Part shown: positions 1-11,671 of the stretch, one piece after another
Position numbering within the stretch: position 1 is the first letter of the stretch
Layout: every line of letters starts with the position of its first letter
Assembly (NCBI RefSeq): GCF_001194135.2
Contig: NC_068986.1
Coordinates: forward strand, 38,713,400 to 38,749,747
Source of the DNA: Octopus bimaculoides
Taxonomy: Eukaryota
Length of the DNA stretch: 36,348 nucleotides
Direction of reading: 5' to 3'
The notes under the pieces: generated by a model
What the model saw: the letters and a program-made list of their open reading frames with translations, nothing else
Told to the model about the DNA's origin: nothing
Database searches by the model: none
Program-made: the position numbers and the translations under genes

Positions 1-135
1 TATATATATATATATAGGCACACTCATATATATATACATATATATTTATACACATACATGTATGCGTGTGTGTGTGTATGTATATAATGTATATTATATG
101 TATATATACCTGTATGTATATAGATAGATAGCTAA
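1..135. repeat. (TA)n/(TG)n/(TAGA)n compound microsatellite
   Basis: Directly visible simple repeats. Confidence 0.9.
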
Positions 136-610
136 ATAGATTATATGTATTTTGCATCCTCATTTTTACATCCGCTTTCCCCATGCTGGGATGGTTTGGA
201 CCCCCCCCCCCACACACACACACACACATGCACACATGACCGAAAACATCTGATGAGATCTGAAGATGCTATTTAAAGGAGATTTGACCAACATTCTAAC
301 CTGGTCAAACAATCAAATAGACGCTCCCTCATTGGTTTGTAATTTTAATGTTTAATACAAATTAGAGCACATATATTATTATTGATATAATTAACATAAT
401 TACTGCATACTTTAACCTAGGTATAATTAGTATTTAATAAATAGTAGCAGGTTGCTATATTTGGAACAAATATCTATCTTTATTCTATTTTATCAATTGT
501 TTTTTATTTTATATTATTTCATTGTTTATGTTTTCATTGCTTTTCTGTTGTTTTTTTTTTTTGCTCTTTTTTGTTTGTTTCAAAGATAAATGAGATAAAT
601 GAACAATAAA

Positions 611-1684
611 CATTATCATCATTTAACGTTCGCTTTCCATGCTAGCATGGGTTGGACGATTTAACTGAGGACTGGCGAACCAGATGGCTGCACCAGGCTC
701 CAATCTGATCTGGCAGAGTTTTTACAACTGGATGCCCTTCCTAACACCAACCACTCCGAGACTGTAGTGGGTGCTTTTAATGTGTCACTGACATGAGGGC
801 AGGTCTGGCAGTACTGGCAACGGCCATGCTCAAATGGTGTTTTTTACGTGCCACCTGCACAGGAGCCAGACAGCTGCTCTGGCAGTGATCCCGCTCAAAT
901 GGTGCTGTTAGCGCTCCACTAACATGGATGCCAGTCATCGAATTTGGTTCAATTTCGATTTCTCTTGCCCCAACAGGTCTTCACAAGCAGAGTTTAGTGT
1001 CTAATGAAGGAAGGTTAGCATGGGGGCTAGTCGTCAAATTTGGTTCGATTTCAAATTCAATTTCGATTTCACTTGCCTCAACAGGTCTTCGCAAGCAGAG
1101 TTTAGTGTCCAATGAACGAAAGGTACGCATAAGTGGGCTGGCTACATCCCTGGTAAAGGCCATGGGTTATGGTCTCACTTGTCTTGCCAGGTCTTCTCAC
1201 GCACAGCATATTTCCAAAGGTCTCAGTCACTAGTCATTGCCTCAATGAAGCCTAATGTTTGAAGGTTATGCTTCATCACCTCATCCCAGGTCTTCCTGGG
1301 CCTACCTCTTCCACGGGTTCCCTCAACCGCTAGGGTGTAGCACTTTTTCACACAGCTATCCTCATCCATTCTCACCACGTAACCATACCCACGGAATCGT
1401 CCCTCTTGCACACCACAACTGATACTTCTTAGGTCCAACTTTTCTCTCAAGGTACTTACACTCTGTCGAGTATGCACACTGACATTACACATCCATCGGA
1501 GCATACTGGCTTCATTCCTTACGAGCTTACGCATGTCCTCAGCAGTCACGGCCCATGTTTCACTGCCATGTAGCATGGTTGTTTGTACACATGCGTCATA
1601 CAGTCTGCCTTTTACTCTGAGCGAGAGGCCCTTTGTCACCAGCAGAGGTAAGAGCTCTCTGAACTTTGCCCAGGCTATTCTTAT
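611..1684 (-). mobile_element. 5'-truncated RTE-clade LINE (RT C-terminus + 3'UTR + (GAT)n tail)
   Basis: Minus strand encodes an RTE-type post-RT region. It is followed by a 3'UTR shared with other copies in the window and ends GGAAAGCGAACGTTAAATGATGAT. The 3'UTR has an internal ~105-bp duplication (~965-1130). Confidence 0.9.
1175..1684 (-). pseudogene. RTE LINE reverse transcriptase ORF, C-terminal fragment
   Basis: IRIAWAKFRELLPLLVTKGLSLRVKGRLYDACVQTTMLHGSETW...MLRWMCNV...VEGTRGRGRPRKTWDEV. The stop at 1223 looks like a premature CGA>TGA change, because the frame continues DLWKYAVREKTWQDK*. Confidence 0.88.
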
Positions 1685-1841
1685 AATAATAACTTTATAA
1701 ATTTATTTGTGGAGCAACCAACAAAGCCATCTACCAGTGTTGTTATATCTTCTTTGCAGACATGAACTTCTTGGTTCAATTCCACTTTGTGGCATTTTAA
1801 GCAAACGTCTTTTACTTTGTGAGTGAAATTGCATTGTTTAA

Positions 1842-2059
1842 CCCATTAGCATTTAATACGACCATATCTGACCTAAATATTCTACTTGTTTTATGTTAAA
1901 ACTGACCATATCCAACCTCTCACACCCACCCTACAATATCATTCTGAAAATATACAAATACTATTGAAATTTTGAAGCTACAAGATGATACATGATCAAT
2001 TCAAAGCAGTGTGAATAAATAAACATTACATTTGACAAAGAAATCTGAATGTTAAAGTG
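1842..2059. mobile_element. piggyBac-like MITE (TTAA target, imperfect TIRs)
   Basis: TTAA|CCCATTAGCATT ... AATGTTAAAGTG|TTAA (TTAA at 1838-1841 and 2060-2063). A related copy starts at 27132. Confidence 0.6.
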
Positions 2060-2215
2060 TTAAAACCATAAAGCCCTTAGCTAAGAGCTTTATGGATGCA
2101 AAACCATTGGTCACTCTATGACAGGACATATATGTAACTGCATGTAAATACATTACTACTCTGTCCATTAGAGTGTGCTTCTTTTATGGATATATGATCC
2201 ATTGATGATATATAT

Positions 2216-2372
2216 TATCATCATCATCATCATTTAACGTCTGTTGTCCATGCTGACATGAACTGGATGGTTTGACCTGAGCCAGCAAGCTGGAAGGCTG
2301 CACCAGACTCCAGTCTGTTTTGGCATGGTTTCTATGGCTGGACGCCCTTCTAAATGCCAACCACTCCGAGAG
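2216..2372 (-). mobile_element. RTE-type 3' tail fragment
   Basis: (CAT)n-TTAACGTC...GATGCCCTTC/CCAACCACTCCGAGAG, homologous to 611-770. Confidence 0.8.
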
Positions 2373-2385
2373 TATATATATATAA

Positions 2386-2434
<49 letters not shown>

Positions 2435-2607
2435 ATACATACATATATATATATACATATATGCATATGATAAAGTCTAAAATGAGACAACTGGGCACTG
2501 ATGTTTGGGCACTGACAGTTTGGCAATGCTGACTGTATATTCAGCCTGTTTTGGCAATAGTACTAGTTGCTGCTGGAGGCAGACAAACACATACACACAC
2601 ACACACA

Positions 2608-2838
2608 AGGCAGCGAGCTGGCAGAAACGTTAGCACGCTGGGCGAAATGCTTAGCGGTATTTCGTCTGACGCTATGTTCTGAGTTCAAATTCTGCCGACG
2701 TCAATTTTGCCTTTCATCCTTTAGGGGTCGATTAAATAAGTACAAGTTACGCACTGGGGTCGATATAATCGACTTAATCCGTTTGTCTGTCCTTGTTTGT
2801 CCCCTCTGTGTGTAGCCCCTTGTGGGTAGTAAAGAAAT
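2608..2838 (+). mobile_element. tRNA-type SINE (family A)
   Basis: Head GGCAGCGAGCTGGCAGAAACGTTAGCAC, B-box-like GAGTTCAAATTC, body TTGCCTTTCATCCTTT..GGGGTCGA. Multiple copies in the window. Confidence 0.8.
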
Positions 2839-3195
2839 AACACACATACACACATGCAATAATATACACATATGGATAGAGAGTGATAAAGATAGAGAGG
2901 AAGCAAGAGACTTACAATTTATAAGTTGAACACAATTGCCATAAGCACTTTACCTCTCCTCATATACATAAAATGAAATATGCACACACACACATAAACA
3001 GAGAGAAAGTGAGGAGGGAGAGAATGAGAAAAACATTAAAACATCTGATGTCAAATAACTCAGAATCAAATCAGTGATGCCAAATTAGGATAGGGGTACA
3101 GACATCTCATGCCAAAACATCTCATACCCAAGAATGTATGCATACACACAACATCATCAGTAAGCTCTTGCTTTTCTACGACACCCACCAGTAGG

Positions 3196-3800
3196 CTCTC
3201 ATGCTTTAGAGAAATTTGGTGAAAAACAACACAGTTGTCTTAGACATCTGTGAAGCTTTTGATCACATCTGGCATATAAATGAAAACTTCCTATCTAAAA
3301 GCTCCATCTATTTCTCATCCCTTGGATTTCTAACTTCCTATCACATCCCACCATCATGCATGTGTTGATGGAGCTCTTTCTGTTCATCATTTAATTAACT
3401 CTGGTGTGCCCCAGGCTTTAGTTTTTTTCCCCCACTTATCTCTTTCTATGTATCAATACCTACTTGTTATGCTATCCAACAAAGGCTACTCTTAAGCAGA
3501 TCATACACCTTTTATTCCTCCTTTGTCTACTCCAACTTCCAAACTCACTGGTTCCTTGAACAGAGATCTAGAAAGCATCCAACAATGGGGTCAAGCCCAT
3601 CTTGTCACTCTCAACAGCAAAATGAATATAAAAAAATGCATGAATAACTCAAACCAAGAAAACATCATCATACTACAACCCCTTTATAAATGAATATCAT
3701 TCAGTTAGAACCTTCATAGTCACCCCAAATGCTAGACTTCTCTATCTCTGAAGATCTCCTCTGGTGAAAGTACATCGTCTTTAACATAGCTCAAATTGTA
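3196..3800 (+). pseudogene. Degraded Jockey/CR1/I-group LINE reverse transcriptase
   Basis: Frameshifted RT motifs: VVLDICEAFDHIWH, NSGVPQALVF, YS*AD (YADD equivalent), LNRDLESIQQWGQAHLVTLN, ISEDLLW. Confidence 0.8.
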
Positions 3801-3964
3801 TCTCTGTAGTATAGTGGGTGGTGTGGCAGAAGTGAGAAAAGAAGTTAGAGGATGATGTGCCAGAAGTGAGACTATTTGGTATAAAGTTGCTCACAGGCAT
3901 GCTTCACCCTCTGTCTACAAGCATGTCGTCTTCTCTCTCATGCCTACATTAATACATACATGCA

Positions 3965-3998
<34 letters not shown>

Positions 3999-4646
3999 CA
4001 TACATACATGCATACATACATACATATAGGCAAACAGTCTTTTGTCTTCATGTCTTTGTTTTTGTCAAATATCTGAAAGCAGAAGACCTCAACCAGTCCT
4101 TCAATACATGCAGTACATACACATTGTTTTGTATTTTATTTTATTTATTTATTTATTTTTTTTGTTCATATGCATTAATTTTTTATTTTATATAAGAACC
4201 AAAGGACAAGTATATTTGACTCAGGTCTATTTATAGCTGTCGAAGATAATATGTGACAGAATCAGCCAGTGATTCTATATTTATTACACAAATAAATAAA
4301 GAAGAAAAAAAAAAAATAAAATTAAAAATAATTATCATCTTCGTTATAAGTGTCTTCCTTCTCATTCTCTTTCTCTTTTCTTCTTCATTGTAATCAGTAA
4401 AATTGACAACTAAATAAAGTCATTCACTGTTATAGTTTGTAGTAATGTTGTTATCATCCACTAACTTCATTACTGCCTAGTACCACAACCACAACCACCA
4501 CCACCACCACCACCACCACCAACACCAGCTTCGATATATGTATGTATGAATGAATATATATTTATATATATATATTTATATATATATATATATATGTATA
4601 CATACATACATACATACATACAAACATACATACACACACATATGTA

Positions 4647-4681
<35 letters not shown>

Positions 4682-4716
4682 ACATGTGAAAATCAGGCTG
4701 TGGAAGAAAGAACATA

Positions 4717-4900
4717 ACCATGTTCCTTCTATACTTTTAATATGTGGCAAAAAAAAAGAAGTGTAAGTCTCCTGATGACCCATTTCGCAGTTTCTTGACT
4801 GCTTCTTGGTTGACATACTTGGTTTTCTTCCCTTATCAATTGCACAGAACATTCAGTTGCTATACAGAGTATTCATAAACTTAGCTATCACCATAGTAGA
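4717..4900 (-). pseudogene. Possible heavily decayed mariner transposase fragment
   Basis: Weak resemblance only: EVIYY and IDKGRKPSMSTKK...SFFLPHIKSIEGTW versus mariner GVIYY, HDNARPH and SDFFLFPHLK. The SPDL motif is absent. Confidence 0.25.
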
Positions 4901-4984
4901 TAACTTCTTCATTTCTCTTACAGACAAACTTTCCAATATCCAAATTTCTTACTGTCATTCTGAATCATAGTGTTGTGCATAAAA

Positions 4985-5160
4985 TATCATCATCATCAGT
5001 GTTATAACGTCCATATTTCCATGCTCTCGTGGGTTGGATGAAATTTGTAGTGGCAGATTTTCTATGACCAGATGCCTTTCCTGTCACCAACCTTCACCTG
5101 TTTTCAAGTTAGGTAATGTTTCCCCATGACCAGATATGTTTTCACAGACGGTTGCATTCA
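4985..5160 (-). mobile_element. SINE/LINE 3' tail with (GAT)n
   Basis: (CAT)n, CCATGCT..GGGTTGGATG, GATGCCTTTCCTGTCACCAACC. Matches the tail of the SINE at 17335-17910. Confidence 0.7.
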
Positions 5161-5422
5161 CACAGGCATGCACACACACACACACATATCTATCTATCTA
5201 TCTATCTGTCGGTCTGTCTATATATATACATATATATNNNNNNNNNNNNNNNNNNNNNNNNNNNNNNNNNNNNNNNNNNNNNNNNNNNNNNNNNNNNNNN
5301 NNNNNNNNNNNNNNNNNNNNNNNNNNNNNNNNNNNNNNNNNNNNNNNNNNNNNNNNNNNNNNNNNNNNNNNNNNNNNNNNNNNNNNNNNNNNNNNNNNNN
5401 NNNNNNNNNNNNNNNNNNNNNN

Positions 5423-5456
<34 letters not shown>

Positions 5457-5597
5457 TATTTATATATAATGCAGTTGTTGGTATGACCAGTCAGAAAGTT
5501 ATCATTTCTGATTGCTTGCTACACATAACTAAGTATAAAGCATAGCCCCAGATAAGAGTAATTTGACGAGCTACTTTGATGTCATAAGTGTAGATGT

Positions 5598-5835
5598 TAC
5601 TGAAGCAGAATTGCTGGGGACTACTAAATAGGAGCTTCTATAGATTTTCTTTATCAGCTATGTGAAAAACAATCGCCCTTGACATAAGTTGAAGTGGAGG
5701 CAGCAAAGTTACTATCATATATATCACTGAAGCAGAACTGCCTGGGTCTATGAAATAGAAGCCACTAGTAATTTTTAGTTATCAGCTATGTGAAAATCAA
5801 CCTTGACATGAGTTGAACTAGAGGCAACAAAGTTA
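5598..5835. repeat. Diverged tandem dimer, ~125-bp unit
   Basis: CTGAAGCAGAA...TTATCAGCTATGTGAAAA...CCTTGACAT.AGTTGAA..GAGGCA.CAAAGTTA at 5600 and 5727. Confidence 0.75.
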
Positions 5836-6799
5836 TTAATCTAACATGAAAGAATTCATACTACTGTTGTAGTATTTCTTTGTTACTAGTATTGACACTT
5901 AAAACATGATTTGTCTTTTATCACATAATAATAATTTAACATATTGATAATGACGAATTACTGAGATAAGACACATCATGTTTGAATTAATATACTGATA
6001 TTAATGACCTTATTTAAATGATTAATTTTGTTAAGTAGGTTATTTATCAAGGAAGGAACACTAACAACAGATAGAGAAGAAGAAAATTGTTCCTCAGCTA
6101 AAATGAAGTTGAGTAACCAATTATTTATGATTGCAAAACCCAAGATGACTTCAAATTAGATGAATCAACATTTTATAGAGTATGCAGAAGGTGATTCTCT
6201 CAATGGTTTTGCTTTCTGGCCCTGTATCTGATGGCAATTTTATTATGGTCAATGCAATGTTTCTAGCCATAAGTGGTTCCTGTCCAGTGAGTAGAGAGGA
6301 AGTTGCTTTTTGGAGTGATGCCAACTAGGAAGTGTTTACTAATAAAGTAAAAGACACACAACCTGTGTATCAAGCTGTTTCCACTTGCCACCTCACTTAT
6401 AACATTAACCTAGATAAGAGCTAATGATAAGAAAATGAAATGAATACGTTACAGGAGTCACTTTGGCTGGTATTCTTCACATCACTATGAAGAATATCAG
6501 TCAAGGAAGATTATGTGTCAGGGATTAGGAACCCCTTGCCTGTATTCAAATTTTAACTTGTCTCCTACAGAAGTCTCTATAGAAAATGGAAAAGGAGTTT
6601 AAAATGAAAAAGTAGTTTAGAAACTTCCTCCTGAAGTTTCTACAGAAAATGAAAAAGTAGTTTAAATTTAACACTGAACTTGTTATTTAATATGCTATAT
6701 GCTTATGAATTTGTAAAATTAGATTCATTATTTTCCTCAACACAAATGCAAACCTAACAAGTTTCATATGTACTTAACTACGAACTCTAGTATTAAAAA

Positions 6800-6982
6800 G
6801 GTCCCTGCTCTACATGGTCACCCAGCCAACTAGAATCATACCCAATTGTCTTAAAAGGACTCATTGATTAATATGATCCAAGGTACACAGTGCTTGAAAC
6901 ATGATGACATAGCCATGGATGTCATGAATTTGATCATAGTTATACTTGATCAGGGCTGACTTGGGGCTAAACAGCAACAACT
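6800..6982 (+). mobile_element. Old SINE-like repeat with (AAC)n tail (family C)
   Basis: GGTCAC...GATGGTCATG...TTTGATCATAG...CAGGGCTG...GCTAAACAACAAC. Diverged copies at ~27885, ~28365 and ~31185. Confidence 0.55.
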
Positions 6983-6994
6983 GCAAAGAATATG

Positions 6995-7900
6995 GCTATT
7001 GTCTTCCTCTTGGTCTTAGTTCCCCTTACTGCCCATGGAGTATTGGGTGACTAGAGATCTCCATCCAGAATGATCACAAACCCTGTTATGAACCTGCTTC
7101 CTGATCAGGTCCTTGTCTGAAAGATCCACTTCCATAGTTCAGGTCTTCTTGATCTCATACATTCCCCTCTAGCATTGACTCAAGAGAAACTCTTGCTGGT
7201 CTCTTCACGAGCATGTGTAACTCATAGCTGGACATCTTCTTCCATCTCACAGTCATTTATCCCATAGAATACTCAGCCTGGTCCTTTCCATGACTACTTC
7301 ATTTGTTGATGTAGTCATGCTAAGAAATTCAAAGTATGGTTCTAAAGCAACATCAGAAGACATATACAGTTCTAATGATTCTGCTAGTCTTTTTACACAT
7401 CTCTCAAGCACAGGTATAAGTCACTGCTAGCATGACAATAGATATATATACAAGTAGAATTTAGTGCTTTGTTTGAAGGAAGAGTTGGACTGTACAGGTT
7501 TCAGGTACTGGAAGACAATTGCAGCTTCACCAAATCTCTTCCTTTGTCAAATCTCTTTCTCTTTAGTGATGTTACAGACTAAACACATAAATGAATTAAC
7601 AATTTCTAGAGTCAGTTCTCCAACCAAGCTTCTTCTTGTTGTGTCTCATCAATAATCATCATTTTCATCCTTTTACTACCGGTCTGAGAACCAACATTTG
7701 AGCTGCTGATGATGGCCATGTAGATGTGGTATTAAGGCATCCCAGGCATCAGTGAAACAAGGTCTATGAGTTTTCCAAGATTTTATTTGATGCCGTATAC
7801 CAGATCCCTTATAGACCTCCACATGATGAAATCCACCAACAGAAGGGGACAGTTTGCACCCCTAGCACACCCCCATGATGATGTCTCCTCTCTCCATTCC
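6995..7900 (-). pseudogene. Old RTE-clade LINE RT relic
   Basis: Minus-strand frameshifted motifs: LEIVNSFMCL..ITKEKEI, FGEAAIVF..L, IL*IS*HDYI-NEVVMERT, RPRGRQ. Confidence 0.7.
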
Positions 7901-8154
7901 CTGTTTGATTCTGATACAGCAATGTAAAGTGGTCACATGATGTTGATAAAGCAGTTCATTCTCCATATAGCACAATTATCTTACATGGAGATTCTTTGTG
8001 ACATTGTCAAAGATACTCTTGAAGTCACTGTCACTTATTTTCTAGCAAAAGTTTAATAAATGTGTACTCTGCATAAAGTAGTGAATATTCTTTCAGTTTG
8101 ATGTAAAATTGTTTTTATTATAACTTGACATAAAAACAAACAAATATATATATA

Positions 8155-9110
8155 ATTGTTGTTAAATGCTCGAAATATGAGACTAGAAAAACAGCCAACA
8201 ACTGATGAAGGGTCGTTATTTATGTTGTTTGTTTTGCTTTCCATTTGTGTCTTTCATTGTTTGAAAGAATAGTTCATGTTCCATGTACTCATGCTTCATA
8301 TTTTTTGCTGTACATGTTTCGTGGCATCTTGTGCCCGCATATGCATATATATATACATATAGATGTATGTACATATACGTATGTATACATNNNNNNNNNN
8401 NNNNNNNNNNNNNNNNNNNNNNNNNNNNNNNNNNNNNNNNNNNNNNNNNNNNNNNNNNNNNNNNNNNNNNNNNNNNNNNNNNNNNNNNNNNNNNNNNNNN
8501 NNNNNNNNNNNNNNNNNNNNNNNNNNNNNNNNNNNNNNNNNNNNNGAAGGCCACACATCCTCTTCCAAGTAAGTTTTATCTTAATAATTCTGATGTGCAC
8601 TCAATACGATCTTTTTACTTCTTCATTTTTCTCTCTCTTATTCTTTTACCTCCTCTTCTCCCACTATTCTATCCTATTATTCTGTCACGCTCTCTCTCTC
8701 GCTCCATTGTAGCTGGAACAAGGAAGACGTGTTCTTGTTTGTCTCCTGTCCAAGTTTGATTTACGCATTTTCCACCACAACCTCGTTTAGACTTAGCAGC
8801 CCTTTCTATTCATTTTCACTGTCCTGTTTTTACTGTCCAATTTGTGTTACCAATTTTTGACCCACCATAAAATCCCAAATTTTACATAATTTGCTTTGCG
8901 GGAGCAACTGTTTTATCGAAAGTGTATATTGTTGTTAAATGCTCGAAATACAAGACTAGAAAAACAGCCAAGAACTGATGAAGGATTGTTCTTTATGTTG
9001 TTTGTTTTGTTTTCCATTTGTGTCTTATGTTGTTTGAAAGAATAGTTTGTGTTGTATGTACTCATGCTTCATATTTTTTTGTTGTACATGTTTCGTGACG
9101 TCCTCTGCCC
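8155..9110 (+). repeat. Partial tandem element with ~182-bp direct repeats (8155-8336, 8928-9110)
   Basis: ATTGTTGTTAAATGCTCGAAAT...CTGATGAAGG...TACATGTTTCGTG..GCCC occurs twice, 773 bp apart (the interval includes a gap). Each copy is followed by a (TA/TG)n tract. Confidence 0.85.
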
Positions 9111-9376
9111 ATATATATATATATGTATGTATGTATATTTGTATGTATGTATATATATATGTATGTATGTNNNNNNNNNNNNNNNNNNNNNNNNNNNNNN
9201 NNNNNNNNNNNNNNNNNNNNNNNNNNNNNNNNNNNNNNNNNNNNNNNNNNNNNNNNNNNNNNNNNNNNNNNNNNNNNNNNNNNNNNNNNNNNNNNNNNNN
9301 NNNNNNNNNNNNNNNNNNNNNNNNNNNNNNNNNNNNNNNNNNNNNNNNNNNNNNNNNNNNNNNNNNNNNNNNNNNN

Positions 9377-9426
<50 letters not shown>

Positions 9427-9487
9427 TGCAAACACACACACACACACACACACACAAGTATATATTTACATACACACATATACATTG

Positions 9488-9535
9488 GCACAGGTATGGC
9501 TGTGTTGTAAGAAGTTTGCTTCCCAACCACATATG
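9488..9535 (+). mobile_element. SINE head fragment (family B)
   Basis: GGCACAGGTATGGCTGTGTTGTAAGAAGTTTGCTTCCCAACCACAT. Confidence 0.65.
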
Positions 9536-10492
9536 CACACACACACACACACACACATGCTGAACTTTAGGAAAGTTTTCATTCTGGCAACAAACTTTTT
9601 TGCTTACACCTCCATAAGTATCCCTCTGCACAATGTAAATCTTCATACCCTTCTACACTACAACTAGGACAAAGTTAAATGTAATGAAGAATACCATATT
9701 AGTAATTAAGAATAATTGTTTTGTGCATCTGCTGTTGATCATTCTTTCTTCTGTTAACATTCAATACACTTGAGTAGTTAACAGCCAAGATTTGCTCACT
9801 TTAATTTATGCTAAAAATAGAATAATTGGTGGATTTCAGCACTTCATTGTCTGCAGGGCATGATGAAAGTAAAAGTATTAATCATATCAAATGTAAATGT
9901 AAGTGGTTTCCATATCGAATGTAGGTGTTTTCCATGTCAAAACCTGAAAGTGTCTTCCAACAAAATGAACAGCAATGTGGATACCGTAAAGCATACAGAG
10001 TGGTGTTACTATTGAAGTTAAATCTACCAACTATTTTGATTACATTCCTAGTTAATGTTAGCAAAACATGGCTATTAACTAACTACCAAAGTGTATTAAA
10101 TGTTAATTAACAGAAGCAAATTAGAATGTTTAAGCGCAGCTACACAAAACAATTAATTTTCTTCAAAATTATGGGCTTCTGTGTAGCATTCAAATTTGTC
10201 CTCTTTATGGTGAGGTTATGAAGCTCGATAGAAACCTGCTTTATGCTAATGGATACTTATAAACTGTATCTAAATTTTCTCATAAGAAATTGTCATTGCA
10301 AACAGACATGTTCAGTGACAGAAATATGTTCTAGGAATGAGGGTTATGGAAAAGCGGGGCTTATCCCTTGGTTCCATTCTCATAACTGTTTCACATATCC
10401 AATAACAACAAGACAAAGAATGTAGCCCTTAAAACGATTTTTGTGCATTTACAGAGAATACCTAACTGTCTTACATAGGATATTTTGTAGGA

Positions 10493-10763
10493 AATCCCAA
10501 CAAGTTATGAATACCCAAATTGTGAAGTCAGTTACATAATAACATGAAATTAGTTACCTTATAATAAGAATTCAAATAAAGTAGCCCCAAAAAGGGCTTT
10601 AATGTGTTCCCAGAGTATATAGAACTTTGGAGGAAATACCAATAAGGTATGTATACCAAAATCGTGAAGTATGTTACATAATAACAGGCCAATCAGATAT
10701 GAGATAATAACAATTCAAAGTAAATAATTCTGAAAAGGGCTTCAGTGTGTTCCCAGAGAATAT
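10493..10763. repeat. Diverged tandem dimer, ~140-bp unit
   Basis: GAAAT.CCAA.AAG.TATG.ATACC.AAAT.GTGAAGT..GTTACATAATAACA...AAAAGGGCTT.A.TGTGTTCCCAGAG occurs twice. Confidence 0.75.
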
Positions 10764-10899
10764 TACCCTCAGGGGCGCTAGTGTTGAAATAGATTTACAA
10801 AGAATGTAGAAACAGACTGGCATTTAGTGCTACAGTAGACATACAAATAAATTTGCATATAGATTTTAAAATAACGTAGATTATCAATACATTTACAAT

Positions 10900-11135
10900 A
10901 CTTACGAAAACATCAACACAGCTATCAATATGAATTACGAAAATATTCCTACATGTAAACGGCATGTGAATTGTATGAATACAGTGCAGATTGCAATGTT
11001 ATTGATAGATAAATGGTGATTTCTGTCTGCTTGTGTGGCTGGTTGTTACATAGAGTACATCATTACAAAACATTAACACATCTATCAATATAACTTAAGT
11101 TGTTCCTACATGCAAACAGGGTGTGACATTTGTAA
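10900..11135. repeat. Diverged ~75-bp direct repeat, ~160-bp spacing
   Basis: TTAC.AAAACAT.AACACA.CTATCAATAT...TTCCTACATG.AAAC.G...TGTGA occurs twice. Confidence 0.6.
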
Positions 11136-11671
11136 TGAGAGTGCATTTGTCTAAAAGCAGAACAGTTCTTCATGCAGCACTTGTCAATTGGCTGAAGTGA
11201 CATGAAAGGCATTATCATTCATGGTATATTCGTGAATAAGTGACTAACCAAAATAAGTGGATCTATTGTTTAGGAAAATACTATTTACTTGTTTAAGAGT
11301 TGTACTGGGTAACTTGCGAAAATAACTCTAACAATTCAAATACTAAGAAATAATCATACTCTACTTGATTTATACCAAATAAAATCACTGACCTCGTCTG
11401 ACAATTTCTTGTAAGAAAATCCACGTAATGTAGAATGCTTGTTTATTAAATCGAGAAGTATTTATTATACATTTTCTCATTTATTAAATATAGGAAAATG
11501 AATGAGTTGTTTCCCTTGGCTAGGAAAAGGAATGAGTTATTTCCCTTGGCAGGTAATGGTTATATATGTGGATTCCTTCTAGGGGCCGTAAGCATCCAAT
11601 TATAGATTTTTATTAAACTTCGAGGTGCCTATTAACAAACTAGATGCTACTTTAGTATGTTTGCAAAGTTT

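Noticed and set aside
2608-2700. tRNA genes at A/B-box-like sequences
   Set aside because: No complete cloverleaf. These are SINE heads followed by SINE bodies.
6160-6231. EYAEGDSL resembling a kinase subdomain V
   Set aside because: The frame is only 23 codons between stops, with no other kinase motifs and no consistent splice sites.
5116-9667. Long ORFs with X runs and YI/HT/CV repeats (also 15057-15488, 24778-25428, 33313-35411)
   Set aside because: They stay open only because they cross N gaps or dinucleotide repeats.
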